Of a DNA stretch of 64,000 nucleotides, positions 20,057 to 28,696 are shown one piece after another; positions within the stretch are counted from its first letter, which is position 1; every line of letters begins with the position of its first letter. The notes under the pieces are model-generated. The model saw only the letters and a list, made by a program, of their open reading frames with translations. It did not search any database and was not told where the DNA came from. The stretch covers positions 96,001-160,000 of the IMG/VR virus record IMGVR_UViG_3300025770_000006. One strand, written 5' to 3'. Made by a program: the position numbers and the translations under genes. Source of the DNA: a virus.

Positions 20057-20354
20057 GCCTAAAAGTCGGAGACAAGATATAAGAGAGTTCTTAGTGATAC
20101 ACTTTAAAAGTGAATCACAACCACAGACTGTGGAGAACTGTCTGAACGCTTATATCATACAGAGAGATTTGGGTGGAGACTATAAACTCAAAACCAACGA
20201 GGTTAAAACATCAAAACCCACTAGCAAAAAGTCTCGTGTTCGACTCAGAGATCAGATCGCCCAAGAGCTAGGTGTGGTGAAGCAAATGGGTTTGATATGC
20301 CGTCTAAGATATGGTGTCTATGTTAAGAAGTACCCACCTAGCAGATCACCTTAA
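20055..20354 (+). CDS. small basic protein, putative winged-helix DNA binder, 99 aa
   Basis: C-terminal GLICRLRYGVY resembles a wHTH wing. Confidence 0.5.
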   Translation: MPKSRRQDIREFLVIHFKSESQPQTVENCLNAYIIQRDLGGDYKLKTNEVKTSKPTSKKSRVRLRDQIAQELGVVKQMGLICRLRYGVYVKKYPPSRSP

Positions 20355-20897
20355 ACGCTTATTGATCTCCCTAACTAATGCAGAAGCGTCATCCTCTGGT
20401 TTAAAGTTCGTGTCTAACTCAAAGTTAAACTTCCTGTCTCTGGAACTCACAACCCAATTACCTTTAAAATCATCATACTCGATTTCGATCATTTCCGTTA
20501 GACTCAAACCCTTGCTCGGATAGATTTCGCCACGACCAATGTTTGAGTGTCCAAAAGTATAGTTTTGGAAATGGCAGTCTGTAAAAGGTTGTTTCTCTTC
20601 TAGGAGAGAAACTACTTTTTTGCCATCGTAATGAACCATCACATAGTCCTTAGTCTTAAAACGACCAGTGATTTCTACCTCCCCACTATTCCCGTCTTGC
20701 TTCTTGAACTCAACACTAGAGACATCCCAATCAACACCTGGGTTGTTCTCTTTGAGGTAACCAATCACATTTTCTTCTATTTCAGAAGCTGTCTCAAAGT
20801 ACATCTCACTAGAGATAGGTAGCAACTGAGCTGACTTTTCAAGTCTGGCGACTCTTGATTCAAGGTCATTAATGATTTCTGAAGCTGATCTTCTCAT
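20346..20897 (-). CDS. MRRSASE-leader protein 1 (183 aa), unknown cargo
   Basis: MRRSASEIINDLESRVARLEKSA. Confidence 0.85.
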   Translation of the reverse strand: MRRSASEIINDLESRVARLEKSAQLLPISSEMYFETASEIEENVIGYLKENNPGVDWDVSSVEFKKQDGNSGEVEITGRFKTKDYVMVHYDGKKVVSLLEEKQPFTDCHFQNYTFGHSNIGRGEIYPSKGLSLTEMIEIEYDDFKGNWVVSSRDRKFNFELDTNFKPEDDASALVREINKRLR

Positions 20898-20906
20898 GGG
20901 TCATTC

Positions 20907-21470
20907 TCAATTCTTTCTATACTCAGCTATAGCAGGTGTAAAATACTCCGATAAAATAACCTCTGAGACTAACCCCTTGCGTGTACTCTTGACTCGACCC
21001 AAAGTGTCTCGTAATTGTCTAATTTTTGATTCCATACAAAGACATATATTAGACCCTTTACCAAAATCTTCAGCGTCTAGCTCTAACCAGAAATCAATCT
21101 CGTATTTTATTCCCTTTATCATGAAAGAAACATCACCCCCCCCAAGTATGCTTTGAGAAATTTTCTCGTTATACATAGTCCCAATATTCATATCACTGCT
21201 GTTCATATGGAAGTTGTGTACTTTAATGTTTGTCGCACCTTTAGATTTAAGTGCTTTCATCATTTGTTTAGGGAAAGTCTTTTGTATTTCAATGTCCACA
21301 CCCCTCGCATACGATAAAAGATATTTTCTCTGTTCATTTAAGTCGCCATAGTCATAAGGATAGCCATCGTCTTCTGGATTGCCCTCCTCGTCTTCTGGAT
21401 AGGATCGTTTTTCAAGTCTAGCGACTCTAGTTTCAAGATTACGGATTATTTCTGATGCTGATCTTCTCAT
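20907..21470 (-). CDS. MRRSASE-leader protein 2 (187 aa), unknown cargo
   Basis: start moved to MRRSASEIIRNLETRVARLEKRS; late motif at 21505-21516. Confidence 0.85.
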   Translation of the reverse strand: MRRSASEIIRNLETRVARLEKRSYPEDEEGNPEDDGYPYDYGDLNEQRKYLLSYARGVDIEIQKTFPKQMMKALKSKGATNIKVHNFHMNSSDMNIGTMYNEKISQSILGGGDVSFMIKGIKYEIDFWLELDAEDFGKGSNICLCMESKIRQLRDTLGRVKSTRKGLVSEVILSEYFTPAIAEYRKN

Positions 21471-21504
21471 AATGGACACACCTTTCATCTAAAAGATGAC
21501 GACA

Positions 21505-21516
21505 ATAAATAAACTA
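21505..21516 (-). promoter_or_regulatory. late-type promoter motif TAGTTTATTTAT
   Basis: recurs upstream of the tail tube gene and leader-family genes. Confidence 0.6.
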
Positions 21517-22377
21517 CTAATCATTGGTTTCACACAAGCCCCACCTAAAACAACCGATTTCATCTCTTCCTAGTTGTTCATCTGTGAAAAGTTCTTGTAA
21601 TCCGTCTTGTTTCCCTTTAGCCCAAGATACCGCTTGCCTTATGTTTCCTTTCTTGAAGAAAGTGGCTTGACTCCCTCGCTCCTCAGATACTCTCTTCTCT
21701 AAGTTCTCTAAGTAGTCTATACGATCTGGATCTATTCTAGCCATATTACGAATGTCTGCTTTATTGGAGTATATACAAGGCCAACATCCAACTCTACTAG
21801 AACCCTTTAGATATAGAGGGTTTGGAGAAACACCGTTTTTCTGATGAATGTAAATCACATCTTCTTCTGACCATTCTAAAATAGGTCTGATTTGTGTCGC
21901 TTCGTCTTGCTCCTCTACATATCCAAAAGTAGATCTTCTGATCGACTCCCCTCTTCTAATACCTGTGATGTTAATGGGGAACTTTCGGTTCTTTAAGAAA
22001 ACCTCCACTGCGTAAGTTCGATAACTTACAAGTTTAAGCTCATTAGTACACCATTTTAAGCGTCCATTCGGGAACATTTTTTTCTGTAATACAGCACTCT
22101 CCATACCATAAGCATGATCTTGGTAGTTGAGTTTTTCATTTTGAAGTTTGACTACTTCAACCCCCAAAATATCACTAAGGGTATCTACATACTTATATGT
22201 CAAAGGGTGTTCCCACCCAGTGTCGCAAAACACTGGAGTGAAAGGTATGTTATGTGTTTTTAACAACAACCCGACTGCTGTAGAGTCTTTTCCCCCACTA
22301 CAACTTAAGATTAGAGGTCGATCTGTTTCTTTTAAGAATGCTATCGTTTCTTTTTCAGTGTTTAGTTCTAATGTCAT
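21517..22377 (-). CDS. phosphoadenosine phosphosulfate (PAPS) reductase family / DndC-like PP-loop protein
   Basis: SCSGGKDS PP-loop, DTGWEHP, GIRRGESxRR, RVGCWPC. Confidence 0.85.
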   Translation of the reverse strand: MTLELNTEKETIAFLKETDRPLILSCSGGKDSTAVGLLLKTHNIPFTPVFCDTGWEHPLTYKYVDTLSDILGVEVVKLQNEKLNYQDHAYGMESAVLQKKMFPNGRLKWCTNELKLVSYRTYAVEVFLKNRKFPINITGIRRGESIRRSTFGYVEEQDEATQIRPILEWSEEDVIYIHQKNGVSPNPLYLKGSSRVGCWPCIYSNKADIRNMARIDPDRIDYLENLEKRVSEERGSQATFFKKGNIRQAVSWAKGKQDGLQELFTDEQLGRDEIGCFRWGLCETND

Positions 22378-22397
22378 TGTTCTACCTTTTTAAGAAG

Positions 22398-22458
22398 AGG
22401 TTTAATGACATTATACTATTTAAGGTTTAATGACATTATTATACTATTTAAGGTTTAA
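22398..22458. repeat. tandem duplication (25/28 bp) AGGTTTAATGACATTA(TTA)TACTATTTA upstream of the PAPS reductase gene
   Basis: direct reading; each copy carries TATAAT on the minus strand. Confidence 0.75.
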
Positions 22459-22567
22459 AATAATCGAATAACCTTTTCCAATCAAGAGGGTGTTTTAATC
22501 TGCCGAACTAGTTGTAAGCGATCTTTTGGATCATCTGGTAGGAGATGTGACATCCAACTTGGTGGAT

Positions 22568-23482
22568 TTAATAATACAGTCTTCTCATAGGTCTAGTGAT
22601 TGGGCTTGGTCTTCTAACAAAACCATCGTCAAGTCTAGCAAATCTTTTCTTTTCAACAGGGTACTTTTTAACTTTAGCTCTGTACTTTGTACCTAACTTG
22701 CCCTCTACTTTACCTAGAACTTCACCTCTAGCGATTTCTACAGCCTTAACACCTGCTGGGTTCGCCAACTTACCATAAGCACTTGCACCCACAAAAAGAC
22801 CTGTATCTTGATCTTCCCAAAGAACAAAGAAATGGAACTGACCTGCTCTTGAACCTACTCCCTCTAAATACATTGTACCAATCTCATTATAGTTAGATAC
22901 ACCTGTTTTACTTTCAAGTGCTTGGTAAGCCGATCTGGATAACGCTTCTGTTTTTGATAAATTATCAGAAGAAATCTCGTTATCAAGTTCCTTTTGTTTC
23001 TTATAGTTCTCTCTTCTTCTTGCCTTATCTTCACCCATAGCTTTAGGTTTCGATCTTGGTTCTCTCAAAAACCACCCTTGATCTTCGGCGTGTTCAGCTT
23101 CGCCCACATAACCAGGTTTACCAGACTTTCCCCAACACTCTTTGTGGAAAACTGAAAAAGGAGCATTTTTCGCACTGCCGAGAGGTAGTCGTTTACCATT
23201 CATATTATAGTATCCGTCATAAGCCTCATCAATCTCAACTTTGCCGTTTGGGTGGACAACGACCAACTCACTCATCCATTTAGACTTATCAGACCATGCT
23301 TTAGGTTGTTTTGGAGTACGAACACCTGGGATAACAGGTAGGGGTGTTGTGTCCCATTTAAAGTGGGAAATGATAGACTTGCCACAAGCCATACATTTCC
23401 AAGAACTGAACCCTGCTGTTTTTTCAAGACGAGCGACCCTTGTTTCAAGATTATGGATAATTTCTGATGCTGATCTTCTCAT
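22568..23482 (-). CDS. MRRSASE-leader protein 3 (304 aa): Cys/His (Zn?) domain plus a WGR-like C-terminal domain
   Basis: leader...KTA|GFSSWKCMAC...HKECW; FHFFVL...AYGKL...KVKKY; late motif at 23528-23539. Confidence 0.8.
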   Translation of the reverse strand: MRRSASEIIHNLETRVARLEKTAGFSSWKCMACGKSIISHFKWDTTPLPVIPGVRTPKQPKAWSDKSKWMSELVVVHPNGKVEIDEAYDGYYNMNGKRLPLGSAKNAPFSVFHKECWGKSGKPGYVGEAEHAEDQGWFLREPRSKPKAMGEDKARRRENYKKQKELDNEISSDNLSKTEALSRSAYQALESKTGVSNYNEIGTMYLEGVGSRAGQFHFFVLWEDQDTGLFVGASAYGKLANPAGVKAVEIARGEVLGKVEGKLGTKYRAKVKKYPVEKKRFARLDDGFVRRPSPITRPMRRLYY

Positions 23483-23555
23483 AATGGTTTTCTCCTTTGG
23501 GTTTAAATCATATAAACATGGTGACCAATAAACAAATTACAAAAGGATTTGAATC

Positions 23556-23813
23556 ATGACGAGAGGTAGAAATAAAACACCCGCAGAGAGAGCGTTGGAG
23601 GTCATCTGTACTATGGCTGGTGTCTCATTTGAAGAGTTCGAGGAGCAACTTAAGAAGTCTCAAGGAAACACAGCGACTGAGAGAGCGTTTCCCGAATCCT
23701 CATATAAAATGGTCAAGACGAACTACTTTAAGAACAGTTCAATCAGCCAACAGGAATGGAAAGACCTGTATCAGCACATCACCAACCCGAAGAGCAACTT
23801 TGGGGCTAACTAA
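23556..23813 (+). CDS. hypothetical protein, 85 aa
   Basis: AAAGGA RBS. Confidence 0.7.
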   Translation: MTRGRNKTPAERALEVICTMAGVSFEEFEEQLKKSQGNTATERAFPESSYKMVKTNYFKNSSISQQEWKDLYQHITNPKSNFGAN

Positions 23814-23884
23814 TGCCTTTAATCATATAAGAAAGATATCTACAAACCACTACTGTTCCAATATGAGAAACAGGAGATGAAAAT

Positions 23885-24253
23885 ATGAGTAATAACTTTA
23901 GACCCAAGCGAGGTTCAAGTTTCTTCCTTAAATCAATGCCCCGATCACAGTATGCGTTCGGGATCTGTCTGTCCTCTAAGTCTGATGAAGATGACGAGTA
24001 TAAGATCATTCGCACAGATTTTGCAGATAATCCTTCGGAAGCTCTCAAACTCGCACTCGTACACACAGATATGTTCGACTTCCAAGACACTGACCTTTAC
24101 GGTGTGGTCGAGTGGGATAAGACGATTGTTAAATCTCTGTCCCGTAAGCAACTTTTTGGTAAAGGTCTTGAGGTTCGTTTACTCACACATGACCAAGAGC
24201 AACCCTCCCCTTTTGTCGAGGAAAGCGTAGAAACTCTCTTCATCGAGGATTAG
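23885..24253 (+). CDS. hypothetical protein, 122 aa
   Basis: AGGAG RBS. Confidence 0.7.
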   Translation: MSNNFRPKRGSSFFLKSMPRSQYAFGICLSSKSDEDDEYKIIRTDFADNPSEALKLALVHTDMFDFQDTDLYGVVEWDKTIVKSLSRKQLFGKGLEVRLLTHDQEQPSPFVEESVETLFIED

Positions 24254-24257
24254 GTTT

Positions 24258-24273
24258 GTAACCCCTTGTCTAT
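24258..24273 (+). promoter_or_regulatory. early-type promoter motif GTAACCCCTTGTCTAT
   Basis: motif copy upstream of a lipoprotein gene. Confidence 0.6.
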
Positions 24274-24295
24274 TAAGTCTTGAAAGGACAACACT

Positions 24296-24583
24296 ATGAA
24301 AACACTTACACTTTTTTTTCTTCTTCTTTCCACTGCCTGTACCGATGCTACTTGGGATAAGTACGCTGTCTTAGGGAATAAGGCAGAGGTCAAGTGCTAC
24401 TCTGGCCCCTTGCTTATCTTTCATGGGGTCAGCACAGGAAAGATAAGCAATGAGCAAAACAGCGATGGCTACTTTGCTCGATGGAATGTCATCTCTGTAG
24501 ACGGAAAATGGAAACACATCGACACTACTAAGCCTGTTAGTGCAGGTGTAAGTGGGAACTGCACAATCATCTACATCGACTAA
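24296..24583 (+). CDS. putative lipoprotein, 95 aa
   Basis: MKTLTLFFLLLSTAC signal peptide and lipobox. Confidence 0.75.
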   Translation: MKTLTLFFLLLSTACTDATWDKYAVLGNKAEVKCYSGPLLIFHGVSTGKISNEQNSDGYFARWNVISVDGKWKHIDTTKPVSAGVSGNCTIIYID

Positions 24584-24625
24584 GCAAGGATCTTATTCAT
24601 ATCACTATATAAAGGAGAACCGAAT

Positions 24626-25093
24626 ATGAACCAGCAAGCCATTGACGCAAAGATCAAAGAGACACAATCTAAGATCAAAGAGTTGCATCCCAACTCTTGC
24701 ACCTCATGTTCGGGTAGAGGTGGTCGGATAGTCCCTTCTTGGGAAGACAGTCGAGACATCGTACTATGTGGTGGGTGTGTCCTCAAAGGACTTGACCCCC
24801 TCGACATGACCAAAGATCTCATCCCCTTTGATTATGAGGGGGAGTACGGTACAGAATATATCGAGGAATGCATCCTTGATGGATATGACCCCCGTGAGGT
24901 CTCTGAAATGAATGGTCTTGAACTAGAGGATCACTATAAAAATTGCACCTCACCAACTCTAAGTGAGGGGATACTTTATGGGGCGTGGACAGGATTGCCT
25001 ACCTTAGTTCAAAATCTGCTCGACCTAAAAGAAGAGATTCATCAAATACAAAAGAGGTATGCGAACCTCGTATTATCGGAGGACATAAAATGA
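24626..25093 (+). CDS. hypothetical protein with a CxxC...CxxC zinc finger, 155 aa
   Basis: CTSCSGRGG...CGGC; AAAGGAG RBS. Confidence 0.75.
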   Translation: MNQQAIDAKIKETQSKIKELHPNSCTSCSGRGGRIVPSWEDSRDIVLCGGCVLKGLDPLDMTKDLIPFDYEGEYGTEYIEECILDGYDPREVSEMNGLELEDHYKNCTSPTLSEGILYGAWTGLPTLVQNLLDLKEEIHQIQKRYANLVLSEDIK

Positions 25094-25485
25094 AAGAGAT
25101 CAAAGCAAAAATCCAAGACATAATGGAAGCCTACCCTAACATGAACATTGAGGGTATCTCACTGCCCATATTGTACACTAAGAGGGAGTCTCCTGCTCAA
25201 CGCAAAGAACGACTCCAAATGCTTCGAGAATCTCTCTTAACTGATGTTGGGTGTGTAGAGGTGGCTACTGTCATAAAGTGGCTCAGAACCTCAAATAAGG
25301 CTCGTAGAACTAAACTGATGAACACTAAGTACAGTAGCTTTGGTCTAAAGACTTATGTAGAACAAGATATGGGTGTTGGAATCTCTAATGGTTCATTCAT
25401 CGTAGGGGCGATGATTTGTGGATGCCGAGCCGAGCAAGTAAAAGCCTCAGAGAACGCACACCTCAACTTAAGGGTTAAAGGTTAG
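25090..25485 (+). CDS. hypothetical protein, 131 aa
   Basis: start moved to MKEIK (GGAGG RBS); SFGLKxxxE...ISNGxFI block. Confidence 0.7.
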   Translation: MKEIKAKIQDIMEAYPNMNIEGISLPILYTKRESPAQRKERLQMLRESLLTDVGCVEVATVIKWLRTSNKARRTKLMNTKYSSFGLKTYVEQDMGVGISNGSFIVGAMICGCRAEQVKASENAHLNLRVKG

Positions 25486-25775
25486 CCCTCAACTCTTAGG
25501 GAGATCTCATCTCGAAGAACAGGTTCAACTAAAGCAAAGATCGCTTCATCTAAAGACTCGTGTGTGGATTTATTCTCAAGGTAGACAACAACCCACTCTG
25601 AGGCATCCCTCCTAAGCACCACACTCAAACCTCGCTCGGTAATCAATGTGATGGAGGTAGGGGAGAGGTTTAAACGCACCCTAAGAGCAGTTTCTACCCC
25701 CCCTCTAGGGAAACTACCCAATGGGGCAGAAAACAAGCTCTTAACGATTTTTATGGCTTCATTTAGTGTTCTCAT
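25482..25775 (-). CDS. hypothetical protein, 97 aa
   Basis: start moved to MRTLNE (AAGGAGGT RBS); late-type motif TAGATTATCTAT at 25804-25815. Confidence 0.65.
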   Translation of the reverse strand: MRTLNEAIKIVKSLFSAPLGSFPRGGVETALRVRLNLSPTSITLITERGLSVVLRRDASEWVVVYLENKSTHESLDEAIFALVEPVLRDEISLRVEG

Positions 25776-25834
25776 AGACACCTCCTTCATATAAGGATTG
25801 ATGATAGATAATCTATGAGGAGATAGAGTAATGT

Positions 25835-25850
25835 GTAACCCCTTATCTAT
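25835..25850 (+). promoter_or_regulatory. early-type promoter motif GTAACCCCTTATCTAT
   Basis: exact consensus; downstream CACCACTCCCAAA leader as at ~2957. Confidence 0.7.
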
Positions 25851-25904
25851 GAGATAATATAAGGGGTCGATAACCGACCACACCACTCCCAAACGGAGAA
25901 CAAA

Positions 25905-26396
25905 ATGAATACTCTAAAAACCAAAATCGCATCCAGCCTCTCAGTCACCTCAGCCATCATGCTAGTGATCATCCCGATGGTCATGGTTGTGTCTTGCATA
26001 GACACATTCAATAATGATTTGGGGGGGATCGAGGACGAGATTAGAGAGATCAACCGATCTGTCCAAGCTCAGATGTATGTCTGTGATGGTATCGAAGAGC
26101 CTGTCTACTATCGGGGGAGGAAAAGGTACAACGGGAATCACACCCGTTATCACAGGTACCAGTCAACAACGACTGGTCAAATGTATCGCCCCCGCCACAG
26201 ACCCATCTGTCAAGAGTTAGGGGAAAGACCTTTCACAGAAGATAACCTTGAGCGAATCGCACAACTCAACTCTGAGATTTGCAAGGAAGGTGACGACCTA
26301 TGGTACAGAAACTTGTGGTTCATCTGTCTTTGGGTCTTCTTCCTTGGATTCAATTTCTACCTCCATAGGGGAGATCGTAAACAACCTCGATTATAA
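25905..26396 (+). CDS. membrane protein with two TM segments, 163 aa
   Basis: hydrophobic N- and C-terminal stretches; GGAG RBS. Confidence 0.75.
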   Translation: MNTLKTKIASSLSVTSAIMLVIIPMVMVVSCIDTFNNDLGGIEDEIREINRSVQAQMYVCDGIEEPVYYRGRKRYNGNHTRYHRYQSTTTGQMYRPRHRPICQELGERPFTEDNLERIAQLNSEICKEGDDLWYRNLWFICLWVFFLGFNFYLHRGDRKQPRL

Positions 26397-26398
26397 TG

Positions 26399-28696
26399 TT
26401 AAGGGGTGATCGCTAGGTTCTGACCTCTAGGTGGGCAGAAGGTCAAGAAAGGTATCCCCAAAATTGGATGGATGTCCGACCCACATATGATAGGGCCAAC
26501 TGACGCTCCTGGCGAACCAATCACTACAGATGCTCCACTGATAGACACATTAGCGTTTCCCCTTAACGCAACCACATTAGCTGTCATCGCAATGACTGTA
26601 CCTGCTGTGGCTACAACTGCACCAGCAGGAGCAAGGAACTTAGTGCCTGTAGGATCAGTCATTTGAACAGTCGTTCCCACAACTGTTTGGTCAGACCCTG
26701 CCACAATGGTTTTAGTCTCTGTACCTACAGCAATCGTCTTAGTGTTCGTAGCAGGCCCAATGTATATTTCTGACTTACCTCCAAACGCATTGGTGTATGA
26801 GTCAGAGGGTAAACCTGCACCACCCGTTACAGGAGACTCGGTTACTGTTACTTTACGAGCTGGTGATGCCAACGCATTAAACCCTGCTGGTCCTCCACAC
26901 ACTTGCTCAAAGCTACCCATTGAGGATTGCTTAATCGTGTCTGCTGTCTGTGATAATCCTGCACCAGTATTAAACTCCATTTGATCTGACGAAGCTAACC
27001 TTACTTGACCGACCTGTGAGAAATCTACAATAGGAGCTTTGAACGCTATTGCTGTACCCGACTGTATGCTAATCCTTTTAGTTCCTTTGATGATGACTGA
27101 TACTGAAGCATCCGAACCATCTAAGGGATCTCCCTCCTCACTACCCGAACCATTGACTTCAACAGCCCCTAAAGAGCTAATGGTCGTCTTTGTTGTGGTT
27201 GCGAAGGTTGATTTATCACTCTGCACAAGCAGGTCATTATTAACCTCTAACAACGCTCCACCCTCTACTCTAGCTTCCATAGCATCTTGTGAAGGACTAG
27301 AAATGTTAGCCTTGAACTTCCCTCCTTTTGTGAAGGACACAAAAGAGTCGGCTATATTAGGTACGACAGGTGTAACTCTTAAAAGAGTAGCGGCATGATC
27401 CGAGAATGGTGTAGATTCATTCGCCACACCAAGCGTTGTTAAAGAAGGTACGACAGGTAGTCCGTAGTCCTCTTTACCCTTCGCTGAAAAAGCATCGTTG
27501 CCTACAGGTGTTCCTAACACCCACTCAATAAATGGAGGTGCGTTATTTACATCAGGTCGATTACTTGCCCTATCGGAATCAAACCCATCTGTCTGTTCTG
27601 TCACAGGCAGACTTCCATCTGCCGTGTGATTCATTTCTATACGATACTCGGTAAAGGCTAGACCGTTATTAAAAGCATTTTTACCAAACTCATTACCAAC
27701 ACGAAGGATAGACTTCCCACCATAAATGATGTCGCCTTCTCTGTTTAACTCATCATAGTTCTCATCCACAAACCCTGCGTTATACAAGAATACATACGGA
27801 TCTAAATGCGTAGGGAAATCCCCATTAAAACCAGTACGCTCTCCCTCAATGTTTACACCTAACCCGTCAAAATCTTCTCTTTGAAAAACTGGGTGGGGCT
27901 GTAGTTCTCCTTGTTCTAAAGGGTTCTTGAAACCCTCACCACCACTGAAAGGGTTATAAGGATTACCCTCAGAGTCTATCTGTATGTCGGCATCCCACTT
28001 GATCCCGTCAGAGAACATCTCTCTCGGTAGAGTTCTAGCATCTCTCTGAACCATGCCTGCGTACACCCTAGCTCCCGACATCGCATGGAACTGTTGTAAA
28101 GACCTCATCACAATCGCTTGGTCTTGATCCCTTATGATGATCTCATTGGCTCTCCTATTACTCAATAGAACGCTCTCATCAAGTACCATATCAGCCCCTT
28201 GAGATGAACTCGCTCCTATATTGCCAGGTGAGAAATGTCTCATCTTATGTCGAACACGCTGATGGAAGTTTTGGACAATCTGTCTGTTCTTATTGTCCTC
28301 TAGGACACCCTCTTGAGGATCAAACCCTTGAGTCATGTGCCAATCATGTCTAACCCAAGGTGTTGAAGGCCACCACGCTAATATCGCAGGTGTCTTACCC
28401 GCTGTACCTGCTCTCGTGTCATTCGCAAACCAACCCACAACACACTGATCCCCTATCTCTGGTATACCTCCCATAAAGTGTCGGTTGCCCATAGAGGGCA
28501 TCAATAACTCAACCCCTGTTAAAGCTCTCGTGTCCGCACCACTCCCGTTAAGGATTTCTAAAGTGCATCTCATCTCCTCCCAATGCATCTCTACAATCTG
28601 TGCAATGCACATAGAGAGAGCTGACCAACCCCTACTTGAATCAGCAGACTTACTCTCAATCGCTTTCTGTTCCCTCATTAAATTTACATCAGTCAT
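26399..28696 (-). CDS. baseplate central spike, gp5/gpV/VgrG-like (OB fold plus beta-helix)
   Basis: GGIPEIGDQCVVGW OB-fold motif; C-terminal T/V/G-rich beta-strand repeats; follows the hub gene. Confidence 0.75.
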   Translation of the reverse strand: MTDVNLMREQKAIESKSADSSRGWSALSMCIAQIVEMHWEEMRCTLEILNGSGADTRALTGVELLMPSMGNRHFMGGIPEIGDQCVVGWFANDTRAGTAGKTPAILAWWPSTPWVRHDWHMTQGFDPQEGVLEDNKNRQIVQNFHQRVRHKMRHFSPGNIGASSSQGADMVLDESVLLSNRRANEIIIRDQDQAIVMRSLQQFHAMSGARVYAGMVQRDARTLPREMFSDGIKWDADIQIDSEGNPYNPFSGGEGFKNPLEQGELQPHPVFQREDFDGLGVNIEGERTGFNGDFPTHLDPYVFLYNAGFVDENYDELNREGDIIYGGKSILRVGNEFGKNAFNNGLAFTEYRIEMNHTADGSLPVTEQTDGFDSDRASNRPDVNNAPPFIEWVLGTPVGNDAFSAKGKEDYGLPVVPSLTTLGVANESTPFSDHAATLLRVTPVVPNIADSFVSFTKGGKFKANISSPSQDAMEARVEGGALLEVNNDLLVQSDKSTFATTTKTTISSLGAVEVNGSGSEEGDPLDGSDASVSVIIKGTKRISIQSGTAIAFKAPIVDFSQVGQVRLASSDQMEFNTGAGLSQTADTIKQSSMGSFEQVCGGPAGFNALASPARKVTVTESPVTGGAGLPSDSYTNAFGGKSEIYIGPATNTKTIAVGTETKTIVAGSDQTVVGTTVQMTDPTGTKFLAPAGAVVATAGTVIAMTANVVALRGNANVSISGASVVIGSPGASVGPIICGSDIHPILGIPFLTFCPPRGQNLAITP

